A DNA stretch of 64,000 nucleotides, taken from NCBI GenBank assembly GCA_963847185.1, contig CAWJYV010000010.1, positions 256,001 to 320,000 of the forward strand, read 5' to 3'. The translations under genes and the position numbers were made by a program. This DNA comes from an uncultured Methanosarcinaceae archaeon. GTDB taxonomy: Archaea > Halobacteriota > Methanosarcinia > Methanosarcinales > Methanosarcinaceae. This document shows, one piece after another, positions 53,348-63,838 of the stretch. The notes below the pieces were generated by a model. It had not been told where the DNA came from and ran no database searches. It saw only the letters and a program-made list of their open reading frames with translations. The first letter of the stretch is position 1. The number at the start of each line of letters is the position of its first letter.

Positions 53348-54610
53348 ATGGGGTATAAATTTACTATGATATTTATGAAAGGAAAAAAATGTTTTTTAAT
53401 AGGCTTATTACTTATAGTAATTCTCTGGTCGGGTTGTATTGAATCTACCGGAGAAGCTACCAGTGAATCTGAGAACATAACCATAGGAGCTCTTTTACCG
53501 CTTACGGGAAGCGTTGCTTCTATCGGAGAAGCAAGCCAGACAGCACTTGAAGTATCGACTGAGGATATCAATGGCTATTTCTCGGCACTTGGTTCCGGAA
53601 AGAATGTGAAAGTAATTGTTAAGGATACTGAGAGTGATCCTGCAACTGCTCTGGAACAGCTCAAAGAACTTGATAAAATGGGGATAAGGATAGTTATCGG
53701 TCCGCAGGGAAGCAGTGAGGCAGAAGCCGTTCTGGATTATGCAAACCAGAATGGCATTATTCTTCTGAGTACTGCATCAACAGCCTCATCTTTAGCGATT
53801 CCGGACGATAATCTATTCAGGCTTGTGCCTGACGACACCAACCAGGGAATGATACTGGCCACGTTGATGAATGATGAAGGGATAAAAACTGTAATTCCGA
53901 TATACAGGAATGACCTGTGGGGTAAAGGACTCGCTAGTGACATCGAAAAGAATTTTAAGGCCCTTAATGTCACAGTGCTTGAGGGAGTTGCCTATCAAAC
54001 CGAAAATGTGAACCTTTCCGCAGAAGTAGAGGTACTCAATGAAAAAGTAGTAGCAGCCTCTTCAGAAAATGGGAAGGGATCAATAGCAGTGGTTCTTTGC
54101 TCCTATGGAGAAGCAAGGGAGATCTTTGCTTTAGCCAAGAGCTATCCTGCTCTGTCAAAGGTCAAATGGTATGGCACTGACGGTATAGCGCTAAACAAGG
54201 AACTGATTAACGATGCTAATTCAGCCAGTTTTGCTGCAGCAACCAATGTCAAAGCGCCGATTTACGGATACGTGAGTGAAAATGACATGTGTCAGGTGGC
54301 TGAACCAAAAATTGAAGAACGACTTGGAAGAATTCCTGAGTCTTACGCATTGACTGCATATGACGCTCTCTGGATAGCTACATTTGTTGATCTAGATGCC
54401 ATTTCAGATAATGATAAAAGTGTAAAACTGGCAATGGATGTCATTACAGACACTTATCATGGAATTAGTGGATGGACAATACTCAATGAGAACGGAGACC
54501 GAAAATACTGGGATTACGGCATCTGGAATGTCACTGAAGAAAACGGAACTTACCAGTGGGAAAAGGAGAAAACCGTTATTATGAGGGGTGAAAAGTTAAA
54601 ATCTGTTTAA
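53348..54610 (+). CDS. Branched-chain amino acid ABC-type substrate-binding lipoprotein (orphan)
   Basis: Lipobox WSGC; IGALLPLTG, FRLVPDD..QG and AYDA. Confidence 0.9.
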   Translation: MGYKFTMIFMKGKKCFLIGLLLIVILWSGCIESTGEATSESENITIGALLPLTGSVASIGEASQTALEVSTEDINGYFSALGSGKNVKVIVKDTESDPATALEQLKELDKMGIRIVIGPQGSSEAEAVLDYANQNGIILLSTASTASSLAIPDDNLFRLVPDDTNQGMILATLMNDEGIKTVIPIYRNDLWGKGLASDIEKNFKALNVTVLEGVAYQTENVNLSAEVEVLNEKVVAASSENGKGSIAVVLCSYGEAREIFALAKSYPALSKVKWYGTDGIALNKELINDANSASFAAATNVKAPIYGYVSENDMCQVAEPKIEERLGRIPESYALTAYDALWIATFVDLDAISDNDKSVKLAMDVITDTYHGISGWTILNENGDRKYWDYGIWNVTEENGTYQWEKEKTVIMRGEKLKSV

Positions 54611-54739
54611 TAAATGGTGGTGTCTTCACACCATCAATTATGTTTTTATTATCTGGAATTTTGTCATTTTCTACAAAACTCCTTATTTTCCAATGATCTT
54701 TTATAATAAAGTTTATTTTGTAAAAAATTTGTTTATCCT

Positions 54740-54887
54740 TATTTATGGGAATCAACTCTCTGAACCCCAAATTCAGGGCTAACAAAGTTCAATTCCTTGG
54801 ATTTTCCAGTAAGATTATGGGCTAATTCTCTGGCCTCTAGGAGTAATACAGACCCCCAAGTTGTCTGTTCACCTCATAACTGTCAGT
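54740..54887 (-). pseudogene. cas1: Casposase internal fragment (relic 4)
   Basis: EQTTWGSVLLLEARELAHNLTGKSKELNFVSPEFGVQRVDSH; direct repeat of 52846-52990. Confidence 0.82.
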
Positions 54888-54934
54888 GTGTGTTTAAATT
54901 TTATTGGCATACTACCTAAAGATAGTACAGGAGT

Positions 54935-55354
54935 ATGACATTATTGAACGAAGCTCTGCTCATTGCTCCCTGCGGAATGAATTGTTGCACTTGTGCGGCT
55001 TATTTAAGGAAGAGAAATAAATGCTCAGGCTGTAGAATTGATGCTAACAAACCTGTTACTCGGGTTATATGCAAAATGAAAACATGTGGAACTTTTACAG
55101 AAAACAAATTAACATTTTGTTTTGAATGTAAAGATTTTCCCTGCAAGAATTTAAAGCATCTGGATAAAAGATATCGTACGAAATACAGTATGAGTATGAT
55201 TGAAAATCTTGAAAACATTAAAAAACTTGGCATAGAGGAATTTCTAAATAATGAAAAAATAAGATGGACATGTACCAAATGCGGCGGCACAATCTGTGTT
55301 CATAAAGGCTATTGTTATAACTGCAGGAGAAAAGGCATCGATGATACATATTGA
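54935..55354 (+). CDS. DUF3795 Cys-rich protein, copy 2
   Basis: Close paralogue of 14876..15280, including ~50 bp of upstream sequence. Confidence 0.88.
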   Translation: MTLLNEALLIAPCGMNCCTCAAYLRKRNKCSGCRIDANKPVTRVICKMKTCGTFTENKLTFCFECKDFPCKNLKHLDKRYRTKYSMSMIENLENIKKLGIEEFLNNEKIRWTCTKCGGTICVHKGYCYNCRRKGIDDTY

Positions 55355-55483
55355 GCCTATCCCAGAACCCGAAAACTGCTTTTCGAATCTCGATTTTGAA
55401 ATAATCAGTCGAGCTACTGATCATAAAAGTAGTTATGAAATTCCTATGAATATGGAAACAAAAATTGGTTTTGGGATGAGCTC
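55353..55483. mobile_element. ~130-bp MITE, copy 2
   Basis: GAGCCTATCCCAGAACC ... GGTTTTGGGATGAGCTC terminal inverted repeats. Confidence 0.72.
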
Positions 55484-55566
55484 ATCCATAAATAGAAAAA
55501 AGAAAAAATTGCAGCGAGAATGAGGTTAGTTTTAGTATGATTTTTCCCTTCATTGTTCCCATCCAC

Positions 55567-55881
55567 TCAGCTTCTTTTCAGTAAAAGTCCTGCTTCAAGA
55601 TACTTGATTTCAGTTTCCATTTCCGCAAGTTTCATCCAAGTAAGATAAACGTCTCTTAACAGTAAATAAAATGCAATTCCAACCATCAAATAGAAAGGAA
55701 ATCCAAAATGTGTTCCGATAGCAATCAATCCCAGAAGGAGAACAACAAGATATAAAGGCTCTTTTTTCATATCCATCATGTCTCGCCTCAGAGTCATGGC
55801 TTTAGCTTCACGGTGGCTTATATCTCCTCGTTGCACCATAAACCAAATGTCAAAATCACGTATAACCTTCGAACGTTGCAT
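55567..55881 (-). CDS. 104-aa two-TM membrane protein, copy 2
   Basis: Differs from copy 1 by 4 residues. Confidence 0.75.
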   Translation of the reverse strand: MQRSKVIRDFDIWFMVQRGDISHREAKAMTLRRDMMDMKKEPLYLVVLLLGLIAIGTHFGFPFYLMVGIAFYLLLRDVYLTWMKLAEMETEIKYLEAGLLLKRS

Positions 55882-56269
55882 ATTTCCTCATTGATTAGGA
55901 ATAAATAGTCAGCATACAAACCGCGGCCCCGGCTATACGGCTATATATCCATTCAAATTTATTGCACCAATACTATATATTTCAAGTCCTGTAAGTAGTA
56001 CAAAAGCTCCAGCATAAGCTTGTTTTAGACTCATCTTGTCTCGCCTCCTCCCTAGAACTCAACTTCCAATTAATGATTTTCATCATATTAACAAATGAAA
56101 CAAAAAAGGGAAATGCGCTCGCACCTGCCAGAAATGCTCTATAATTAACAAACGCCAATCCAGCTGTGGTAGTTAATAACCCACAGTTAAAACACCGCAT
56201 GGAATATCCAAAAGTAACAAGCAATGTGATACATCTCAACAGTTCTTTTGCCTTCATGCTGTCACCTAC

Positions 56270-56620
56270 ATAGGTTTTCCCTACTCCGCTATCGACCCCG
56301 TGACCCTGATACACTCAAGGTCATCAAGACAAACTTCTGTCTTTTCTGAGACGGTTTTGAACAGTCCATTCTTAATTTGGATCTCAAAAATCAGGCATGT
56401 AATGATATCTCAAATGAGATTTCTAACAAAGACATCGACCCCAAACATGTCCCTGGTCCACTCATCAAGAAGGATCTTCCATTCCTCAGATCATACCCCA
56501 GTTTCTCATAGAGAATGTCATAGAGAATGTCAGGGTTGCTTAGATCTTGGTAGCTCCAATGTCAGGAGATTTCGAGCAGAATGGATCATATACCGCATCT
56601 TATTGTTCCAGGCTTTGTAT
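56270..56620 (-). pseudogene. Degraded hypothetical gene
   Basis: Protein-like fragments (ILLDEWTRDMFGVDVFVRNLI*DIITCLIFEIQ) with a stop and a 13-bp duplication. Confidence 0.35.
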
Positions 56621-57000
56621 ATTAAAAAAATAGACATTTTGTCACCAATATAATTTAAACAGTTCAATGATCTTGTCAGACTGAACCTATTTACGTCTCT
56701 TAATACTCATAAATTGCAAATTCTATCTGTAAGCCGGATTTATCGTCTTCTTTCTCAACTATGGATTCCTCTAAGGCAGTTGCAGTTTCATCCATTATCA
56801 GGTCCTTGATACTCTCAGTTTTTAATATCGAAGATAATGAAGAATCCTGATAGGGAGTCTTTTAGAAAGATACCACCTTACTTAGAGAAAAATATATTAA
56901 TGTATGAGAATTACACAGTATATTTATTACAATATTATTTTTAGAATCTATTAAAGTCCTGTTTCTAAAAAGCATTACTTACAGGTTAAGAGGCGATTAA

Positions 57001-58176
57001 ATGGCTGTTACACTAGATGAGAAAGAGCCTACTAAAAACATAAATCTTGAAGAGAAAATCAGAATCGAAAAAGACAGGCTTTTAAATTTCATAAAAGAAA
57101 GAAATGATTATATCAAAAGTTTACCTGAGATTGAAAAGAAAGCATTTATCGCTTCAATAGAAAAGGTAAAAGAAGGTACAGGTAAAATAGAAAGATTACT
57201 GCTGAAAAAGGGAACCAGCAAAGGCATTGATGACCTTCTTTTTTCTTTTGAAGAACTCCCTCTTTTCGGGAAAGAATACTGGTTCATGAAATTCACGTCA
57301 AATGACGGGTCCAGACGCCAGTTTTTTCTTATGTTCGGCAGGAGCGCAGGGGATATCGAGGTCAATGACAAGTATATAGAAAACAGCAGGATAATAGACA
57401 ATAGAACAGAGGGATATTGTATCTCCTGGGCCTATGACGAAATCCAGAGAAATATTACAGATGATCTTGGGATTATTCAAGTGAAAGATGAGAAGGTAAC
57501 CTGCTCTACCAGAGATATTCAGGCTGACTTCTATGGGTCCTTTCCGAAATATATGCTTGAGATTTCAAACGATGGAAAAAAGATTTGCTGTTTGGATATC
57601 AAAGAGCCAGCAGACGATAACTATGATTGCGAATTGTCTGAAGATTTCAAAAGCTTATTCGGGTACAGGCTTGCTAATCTGTATTTCGATTTTGGGGGTA
57701 TGTTGTTTGACAAGGATTTCTCCGGAAAGTGCTATGCCCAGAAAGTAATTGTTGTAGGGCCGTTTATACCCTGGAAATGGTCAAGAATTGTTTTCAGAAA
57801 CGGATCAATCCTGACCTACTACATACCTAATATCGAGATTGGAGGAGTAGAATACAATATACATAATTCCATGGACTTCTATGATGCAGAAACGAAGAAA
57901 ATGCATCACTTCAAAAAAGCCAAAGTGCATGAATACCCCTCTGAAAAAGGAGATAAAAGGTGGATTATTACCGCTGAAGAAGGAAAAGTGTTCATGGTTA
58001 CGAAGAGCTATTGTAAGGAATCGTTCAGTTTCATAAATAACTTCAATTTCAATTATATAGAAAATCTTGTCGACGTTGTTGATTTCCAGATCGAAATTGA
58101 TGATAAGGTTATAACACTGGAGGAAACCGGAAGTGGATTGGGTATGGTTGAAGATACTTCAGGATTCGTAATATAA
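57001..58176 (+). CDS. Hypothetical beta-rich protein, possibly tocopherol-cyclase/CrtC/AttH-like fold
   Basis: KEYWFMKF and GKCYAQKV...PWKWSR pattern; GAGG RBS. Confidence 0.7.
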   Translation: MAVTLDEKEPTKNINLEEKIRIEKDRLLNFIKERNDYIKSLPEIEKKAFIASIEKVKEGTGKIERLLLKKGTSKGIDDLLFSFEELPLFGKEYWFMKFTSNDGSRRQFFLMFGRSAGDIEVNDKYIENSRIIDNRTEGYCISWAYDEIQRNITDDLGIIQVKDEKVTCSTRDIQADFYGSFPKYMLEISNDGKKICCLDIKEPADDNYDCELSEDFKSLFGYRLANLYFDFGGMLFDKDFSGKCYAQKVIVVGPFIPWKWSRIVFRNGSILTYYIPNIEIGGVEYNIHNSMDFYDAETKKMHHFKKAKVHEYPSEKGDKRWIITAEEGKVFMVTKSYCKESFSFINNFNFNYIENLVDVVDFQIEIDDKVITLEETGSGLGMVEDTSGFVI

Positions 58177-58340
58177 ACCAGAGGCTACATTCTATAATTC
58201 AGAGATTGTCTTTTACAAATTCAGAAACTGCTTTACTCATGGATTAAGCTCTTAATTTGAGCATCTCAGGTGCTGAGCATGACGTTCTTTAAGTCCTATT
58301 TTCTTTCATTTTTTCGTTTCCTGTTTCCAATTTTTCTACA

Positions 58341-58526
58341 TTAACAATTTTGTTTTTTTGAATATTTTCTGGCAAATACCGATAATAAGACAAATATCAC
58401 TACCAGAGTTGATAAGTAAAAACTTGGTTTATCCTCAAACCATTCAAGGTACGCATTATATAACGCTATAAAGATGGCTATCAATGCGAATACACGCGAT
58501 ACAGCATCAGCAGAAATTGTACTCAT
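58341..58526 (-). CDS. Small two-TM membrane protein
   Basis: GGAG RBS; two hydrophobic segments. Confidence 0.65.
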   Translation of the reverse strand: MSTISADAVSRVFALIAIFIALYNAYLEWFEDKPSFYLSTLVVIFVLLSVFARKYSKKQNC

Positions 58527-58761
58527 CTTAACTCCATGAAAATTAAGTTATTGATTGTAAACTGGCTTGAAACAATTTAAGGTTTTTCTAATACACTGGA
58601 GTGTATTTACTATATTTCAATGCCTATTAAGTATATATCAATAACCTGACAATAAAGAGATTGTTGAATAATTCTCCGGAGAATATCAGGCTGTAGAACA
58701 CCAGACTGAAATATAAAAACAATAAGTCAAAAAGAAAAAGGAAAAGATCTGAGGGATAAAA

Positions 58762-59001
58762 ATGATTGTGAGAGATGATATTCATTCACAGATTGTTGCA
58801 GGCCTTAAAGGCGCAAAGTTTCCTATAAACACACCCGAAGCACTGCTAGCTGCTTTTCCTGCCGGTGCAGCTACTACATGCAAGTCAGGAGACCTCGAAG
58901 TTACTGCAGGAGAAGCAGGCAAACTGCTTACTGCGGAAGATTTCTCGTTCAAAGATGCAAAACAGGTAGCAGACACAATAGTTGACAGAGCAGGACTCTA
59001 A
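58762..59001 (+). CDS. MTH865 family protein
   Basis: GA.FPI.TPE.LL.AFP.G..TTC.SG..E.TA. Confidence 0.9.
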   Translation: MIVRDDIHSQIVAGLKGAKFPINTPEALLAAFPAGAATTCKSGDLEVTAGEAGKLLTAEDFSFKDAKQVADTIVDRAGL

Positions 59002-59233
59002 ATCCTGCTTTCTTTATTTCAGTTTGTTTATTTACTTTGTCTGACTTTTATTTGTAAATTGTTTTTATATCTGTTCTCCTAAGCCACCTTCTGAGTCTAC
59101 TTCTTAGTTTACTTCTTAGTTTACTTCTTAGTGTCCTGACTTATACAAGTTTAAAATCCTTAGTACCCTACTTCGATACTCAGCAGCCTGCTGAACGAAG
59201 AAATACTTTATGAAAAATTGAAAGCAATTACCA

Positions 59234-59927
59234 CAGGCTGTCTCATAACCATTTTGAATTCTACAATTGGGTAATACCCATTTCAATTTTTAATTCATTT
59301 CCTACAAATAGATTAATTTTTATCAATCAACATAGCGTATTTGCTATTCTCTCTCGAGTTCCCCCTTTATTCCAGCCTTTACTTCCTCCCCCAACTATCA
59401 TTTTCAGCATATCTTTCAGGTTTTTCTCTTCTCTTTTTATGATGTCTGCTATTTTTCTTATATTATGTACAGTACACATCATAACAAATTCAATTCCTGT
59501 TTTCCTTTTTCCTCTCAACAGAAATTCCCTAAATCCTCTATCCTGTTTCATCTGTCCAAACACAGGTTCTACGGTAGACATTCTTTTCTGATACTTTTCC
59601 GTACCTTCCTCTGTGTTCAGTTTAGCCCTCATATTCTCCATTAAATGTTCTCGAGGATCTCTTGTTATCGTCCTTTTTTCACTCTTAGTACATGCATTTT
59701 TCAACACACACTGAGAACAATAATTGCAGACATAATATCGTAAATCAGGTTCTCCTATCCTCTTTTGTATTCTTGAAAAGGGAATTTCAAATGCAGCAGG
59801 ACAATAATAGCAGTCTTTTTCTTCATCATATTTAAAAAGAGATTTCCTGAATTTCCTGGTTTTTCCTTCTTTTTCAGCTTTATAGAAGTTGTCAGGAATA
59901 TAGGCATCAATTTCTTCTTTCTGTAAA
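59234..59927 (-). mobile_element. 5'-truncated IS1182-family transposase with one end
   Basis: FKYDEEKDCYYCP, C..C.LK..C and YQKRMSTVEPVFGQMK..RGFREF.LRG; end sequence CAGGCTGTCTCATAA. Confidence 0.88.
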
Positions 59928-60258
59928 TCTCGTCATTGGAGAGATGAAAACAAAAGAAAATAGAAATTAAGTAGACAGAAAAAGGAGAAAGAGAAAAGAA
60001 GAGGAAGAGAAAAGAAAAGAAAAGAAAAGAAGAGAAAGGAAGTAGGATTTTGAGTGTATAATAGCGCTACCCATATTAATTAAACATAGGCAGCACATAT
60101 TTTTGATTTAAAAGCAGTAGCTTATCAGCCTTTTCTGAGATGTTACATTTGATTTATTTTTATTTGGATTATACATATACAGATTTAAATTTTTGTGCTC
60201 ATGTTTTCGGATGTTGATAATAAAGATAAGCTACTGCTAAGAGGGTTGTTTATCTTTA

Positions 60259-60384
60259 TTACTTTGCCTTTTTAGCTGGCTTTGCCGGTTTTGCTTCCTT
60301 CTTTGCAGGCTTTTCTGCTGCCGAAGCTTTTGCTTTCCCACAAGCAGCTCCTGCCTTTTGTGTATCACTCATTGCTTTTGGCAT
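60259..60384 (-). CDS. 41-aa Lys/Ala/Pro-rich basic protein (missed by the ORF track)
   Basis: MPKAMSDTQKAGAACGKAKASAAEKPAKKEAKPAKPAKKAK*; GAGGTG RBS. Confidence 0.75.
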   Translation of the reverse strand: MPKAMSDTQKAGAACGKAKASAAEKPAKKEAKPAKPAKKAK

Positions 60385-60785
60385 AGTTAAACACCTCTTT
60401 ACTTATATATTATATAAGTATTTAATTAAACTGTGTTAAACATATATATAAGTTTTTAGTCAAAATATTCGCTTATTCAATAAATTATTAGTAGACTAAT
60501 TAACCAAAATATTACTTAGATTACCAATATATGATAACGATACAATAGTATACTGGTTCTAGATGAATAGTTGCAAAAATACAAAAGGTTAAACAGAACT
60601 TGAAATACCAAAAGGAGTGAGAAATAGAAAAATGCTGGATTCACCATTATTCATTAATATTGACGGTCATCTAATTTATGTTGGATTAAACGTAGATATC
60701 TAATGTTTGAAATTCATAAATGCTTTTAATAGGCTTTATTGACCAACCTGATTAGTTTTCTTTAAGATCTATGAAACTACAAGTT

Positions 60786-61205
60786 TTACTTCTTTTTCTC
60801 TCTACTCAACTTTCCAACTATGCCAGAAAAATCATATTCATTTTCAGAAATCTCTCTTTCCTTCTTTTTCTTTTCTACATTTTCAAGCCTCTGATCAACT
60901 ATGAGTTCTCCGATAGTAGTGACAAAACCTACCAGAAATCCCAATCCTACAAAAATATATACTATAGTAAAAGTTTTTCCAATGTCAGTTTTCGGAGTAA
61001 AATCCCCATATCCCACAGTTGTAAGGGTAATGACTGAAAAATAAAGTGAGTCAAGCCACCTCCAGCCTTCAACGCTGTGATAAAAGAAAGTGCCCATAGC
61101 AAGAGTCAGCGCAGCGATATACAGGAGAGCCCGAAACTTCTGGTCCTGAAGCAGCTTTTTGAGCACTCTTATAAACGTCAGTACCGTAAAAAGAAAAGGA
61201 ATCGT
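60786..61205 (-). CDS. Two-TM potassium channel (Ion_trans_2); start ACG 61205 or GTG 61166
   Basis: TTVGYGD selectivity filter; GGAGGGG RBS before the ACG. Confidence 0.9.
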   Translation of the reverse strand, partial: TIPFLFTVLTFIRVLKKLLQDQKFRALLYIAALTLAMGTFFYHSVEGWRWLDSLYFSVITLTTVGYGDFTPKTDIGKTFTIVYIFVGLGFLVGFVTTIGELIVDQRLENVEKKKKEREISENEYDFSGIVGKLSREKKK

Positions 61206-61483
61206 GGTCTTTCCCCTCCGAGAAACTACGTCACTAAACTTTCAGTCCGCCAGAGTGAGAGAGAAACAAAAAGCTCACCAAAAACATAGATTTGCTGAAG
61301 AAAATAGCCTGTAACTACTCCTCTATTATATATTTCCAATACATGGTTAAAAAGACATCTGTGAGAATTACTCCAGATTCTGTTTCCTTACTCTTGAAAG
61401 AAATACTATTCTAAACCATAAATAGTCCTGTTGAGTGAAACAGAGAGAAAAAGGCCGCGTACCCCCGAGATGCAACTCGGGCA

Positions 61484-62899
61484 TTAGAAGAGCTGACTCT
61501 CTCCCCTATCCCACTTCCAGAAGCTCTGCTTGAGCATGTAGAAAGAAAAAGGAATTAGCAGAAGGTCTGCAAGCACGTAATAAGGGCCAAACATCGAGAG
61601 GATGATATTGATTATCAGGAGAGGCATGACTGAAAGGGCGTAAAGAGCAAAGATCCTTCCGTTGTAGAGGTTTATAGAGGGAGAAAGCCCTGTCAGATAA
61701 ACAAGTATGGAAACCATGTAAAATGAGATCGAAATGAAGAGCAGTAGTGATGGAATCAAGGATGTGGGTTCTTTATTAAGGACAAGCAGAGTAAGAATCA
61801 GAAGCGGGATTAGATTAAGGAAAAAGTAACTATTGAGCTTGCTCTTTATCATGTCTGAGGGCCTGATGGGAAAAAATGCATAAGAAGCAAAGATATCGTA
61901 TTCTGTGAGCCAGTTATACATTGAAGATGAAAGTACTCCCAATACCAGGGAAAAAAGGACTAGAGTATTCAAAGCCGGGATAACCTGTCCAAGGGCTGAC
62001 AGCAGCATCCATATAAGGGCTACGGGGAGCAAAAATGAGAAAATAACTTTTCCGAGTCCTCCTTCGCTCCTTTTCAGGTCAAGAAAATCTTTTGCAACGA
62101 AAGCGGCATACCTGTACGATTCCAAATGTTCGCAAAGCCTGGAAAATGAGTTTGAAAAGCTCTTTTTAGTCTGGGGATAATCTACCTTCAGGAAAACGAG
62201 AGAAAAGGAAGAGGGGATGATTATAAGGGCAAAGGAAAGCAAAAACTGATCTTTTGAGGGATTCAGGAAAAGAGACAGGCTCGGCAGTCTATAGAATACA
62301 TTTGAATTCAGATTTTCGGAAGCAAAGAGCAAGAAAACGAATACAGCCAGCAAACCCGAAAGTAACAGTTTTCCCGAATGTGCATAAACAGTAGACAGGA
62401 AAAAAACCAGAGACAACCCTATCATGAAAGAAAGAGAGAGGGTTACGAGGAGAACAAGCAGAGTGTAAGGAAGCTGAAAGTCGCCTGAAGGAACAAGTTC
62501 TGCAGCAAGAGCAAAACCAGAAATGAAAGGCAGGACATAAAGTACAAAATAGTATAGAACGTCTTTTATAAGGAAGTTTGCAAAGATTTCTCTCTGGGAA
62601 ACAGGAAGTGTCCTCGAAGAATAAGCTATAAGGCTTGCCTGCCCGAAGCGCCTGTTCATAAATTCACGCCCCATGAGTCCGAAAGCTCCGACCATGCTAC
62701 CCAAAAGCAAAAAAACATAATGCATCCCTAGAGCTATCTGGGCATCGGTAAAAATTTCCCTGAAAACAGGTAGAACAAGGCTTACAAAAAAAGTGAACAG
62801 AAAGATGAAAACAGGAAAGAGGGAAAAGCCTCCGCTTCCAAAAATATTTGAGTGCATTCGCCATTCTTCTTTAATCATACTTTTGAATATGTCAAACAT
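61484..62899 (-). CDS. Multi-TM ABC permease-like membrane protein
   Basis: About 12 TM helices; downstream of the ABC ATPase. Confidence 0.8.
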   Translation of the reverse strand: MFDIFKSMIKEEWRMHSNIFGSGGFSLFPVFIFLFTFFVSLVLPVFREIFTDAQIALGMHYVFLLLGSMVGAFGLMGREFMNRRFGQASLIAYSSRTLPVSQREIFANFLIKDVLYYFVLYVLPFISGFALAAELVPSGDFQLPYTLLVLLVTLSLSFMIGLSLVFFLSTVYAHSGKLLLSGLLAVFVFLLFASENLNSNVFYRLPSLSLFLNPSKDQFLLSFALIIIPSSFSLVFLKVDYPQTKKSFSNSFSRLCEHLESYRYAAFVAKDFLDLKRSEGGLGKVIFSFLLPVALIWMLLSALGQVIPALNTLVLFSLVLGVLSSSMYNWLTEYDIFASYAFFPIRPSDMIKSKLNSYFFLNLIPLLILTLLVLNKEPTSLIPSLLLFISISFYMVSILVYLTGLSPSINLYNGRIFALYALSVMPLLIINIILSMFGPYYVLADLLLIPFSFYMLKQSFWKWDRGESQLF

Positions 62900-63109
62900 A
62901 AAAATTCCCTGCTACAATCTGCTTATAGGATTCCTGCTGTAATTAGTCCATAAAATCCGTCAATAGAATCTTTCAATAGAGTCACAATGATCTATTTGTA
63001 GAACTGCTGCTGTAATTAATGAACTCCTGCTATAATCCATTACTTTTCATTCTTGGCTGTATACGTGTTCCAGGCACTACATTTTTTGAAAACACGGATT
63101 GACAGCTGC

Positions 63110-63838
63110 TTAAGCCAGCACAGACGTCTCACCTGGCCTGCTCACCAGTTCTAGGAAAAACTCTTCGAAGTTTCTGCCCTGAAGAATAGGATCATCAAGG
63201 CGACCTGTATGAACCAGTTTTCCTTTGTAAATGATTCCAATGCTGGTACAGATCTGTCTTGCAATTTCAAGGATATGAGTGGAAATAAAAATAGTTCCCC
63301 CGTTTTCCACATAACCTTTGAGAAAATCTTTGACTTTCCGCTGCATTACAGGGTCCAGGTTGATAAGAGGTTCGTCAATAATTGCGAGTTCCGGCTCATT
63401 CAGGAAAGCCTGGGCGAACATCAATTTTTGCCTTGTGCCTCTTGAAAGATCTTTGCACAATGAATTTTTCTGATATTCGAAATCAAAGAATTCAAACCAT
63501 TTTTCACAGACATCCTCATACTGTTCCATTTTCCTGATCTTTGCAACGAAATGAAGGTACTCTTCTGCAGTCAAAAAACTGGGTGGAGTTTCCTGTTCAG
63601 GAATGACGCCTACCAGCTCTCGAACCTTAATGGGATTTTTGAGTACATCCACGCCGTGCACTCTTATGGAACCGGATGTGGGTTTTATTTGTCCGGTAAT
63701 CATTTTGATCATAGTCGTTTTTCCTGAACCGTTCGGCCCCAGAAGACCAAAGAGTTCTCCTTTCCCAATGGAAAGGGAGACGTCATTTACTGCTTCTGTA
63801 CTTCCGTAAGATTTAGAAAGATTTCTTACCTCAATCAT
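63110..63838 (-). CDS. ABC transporter ATP-binding protein
   Basis: GPNGSGKT, LSRGTRQK, IIDEP and STHIL; GGAG RBS before ATG 63838. Confidence 0.93.
   Translation of the reverse strand: MIEVRNLSKSYGSTEAVNDVSLSIGKGELFGLLGPNGSGKTTMIKMITGQIKPTSGSIRVHGVDVLKNPIKVRELVGVIPEQETPPSFLTAEEYLHFVAKIRKMEQYEDVCEKWFEFFDFEYQKNSLCKDLSRGTRQKLMFAQAFLNEPELAIIDEPLINLDPVMQRKVKDFLKGYVENGGTIFISTHILEIARQICTSIGIIYKGKLVHTGRLDDPILQGRNFEEFFLELVSRPGETSVLA

Noticed and set aside
40488-56005. Integron cassette array explaining the duplicated small genes
   Set aside because: No tyrosine integrase and no attC-like GTTRRRY/RYYYAAC sites; MITE and casposon relics explain the junctions better
1016-63809. Numerous antisense or overlapping ORFs in the track (for example 1016..1342, 7901..8461, 11279..11809, 48117..48614, 42555..42740)
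   Set aside because: They are shadows of real genes or of repeats, with no RBS or family motifs
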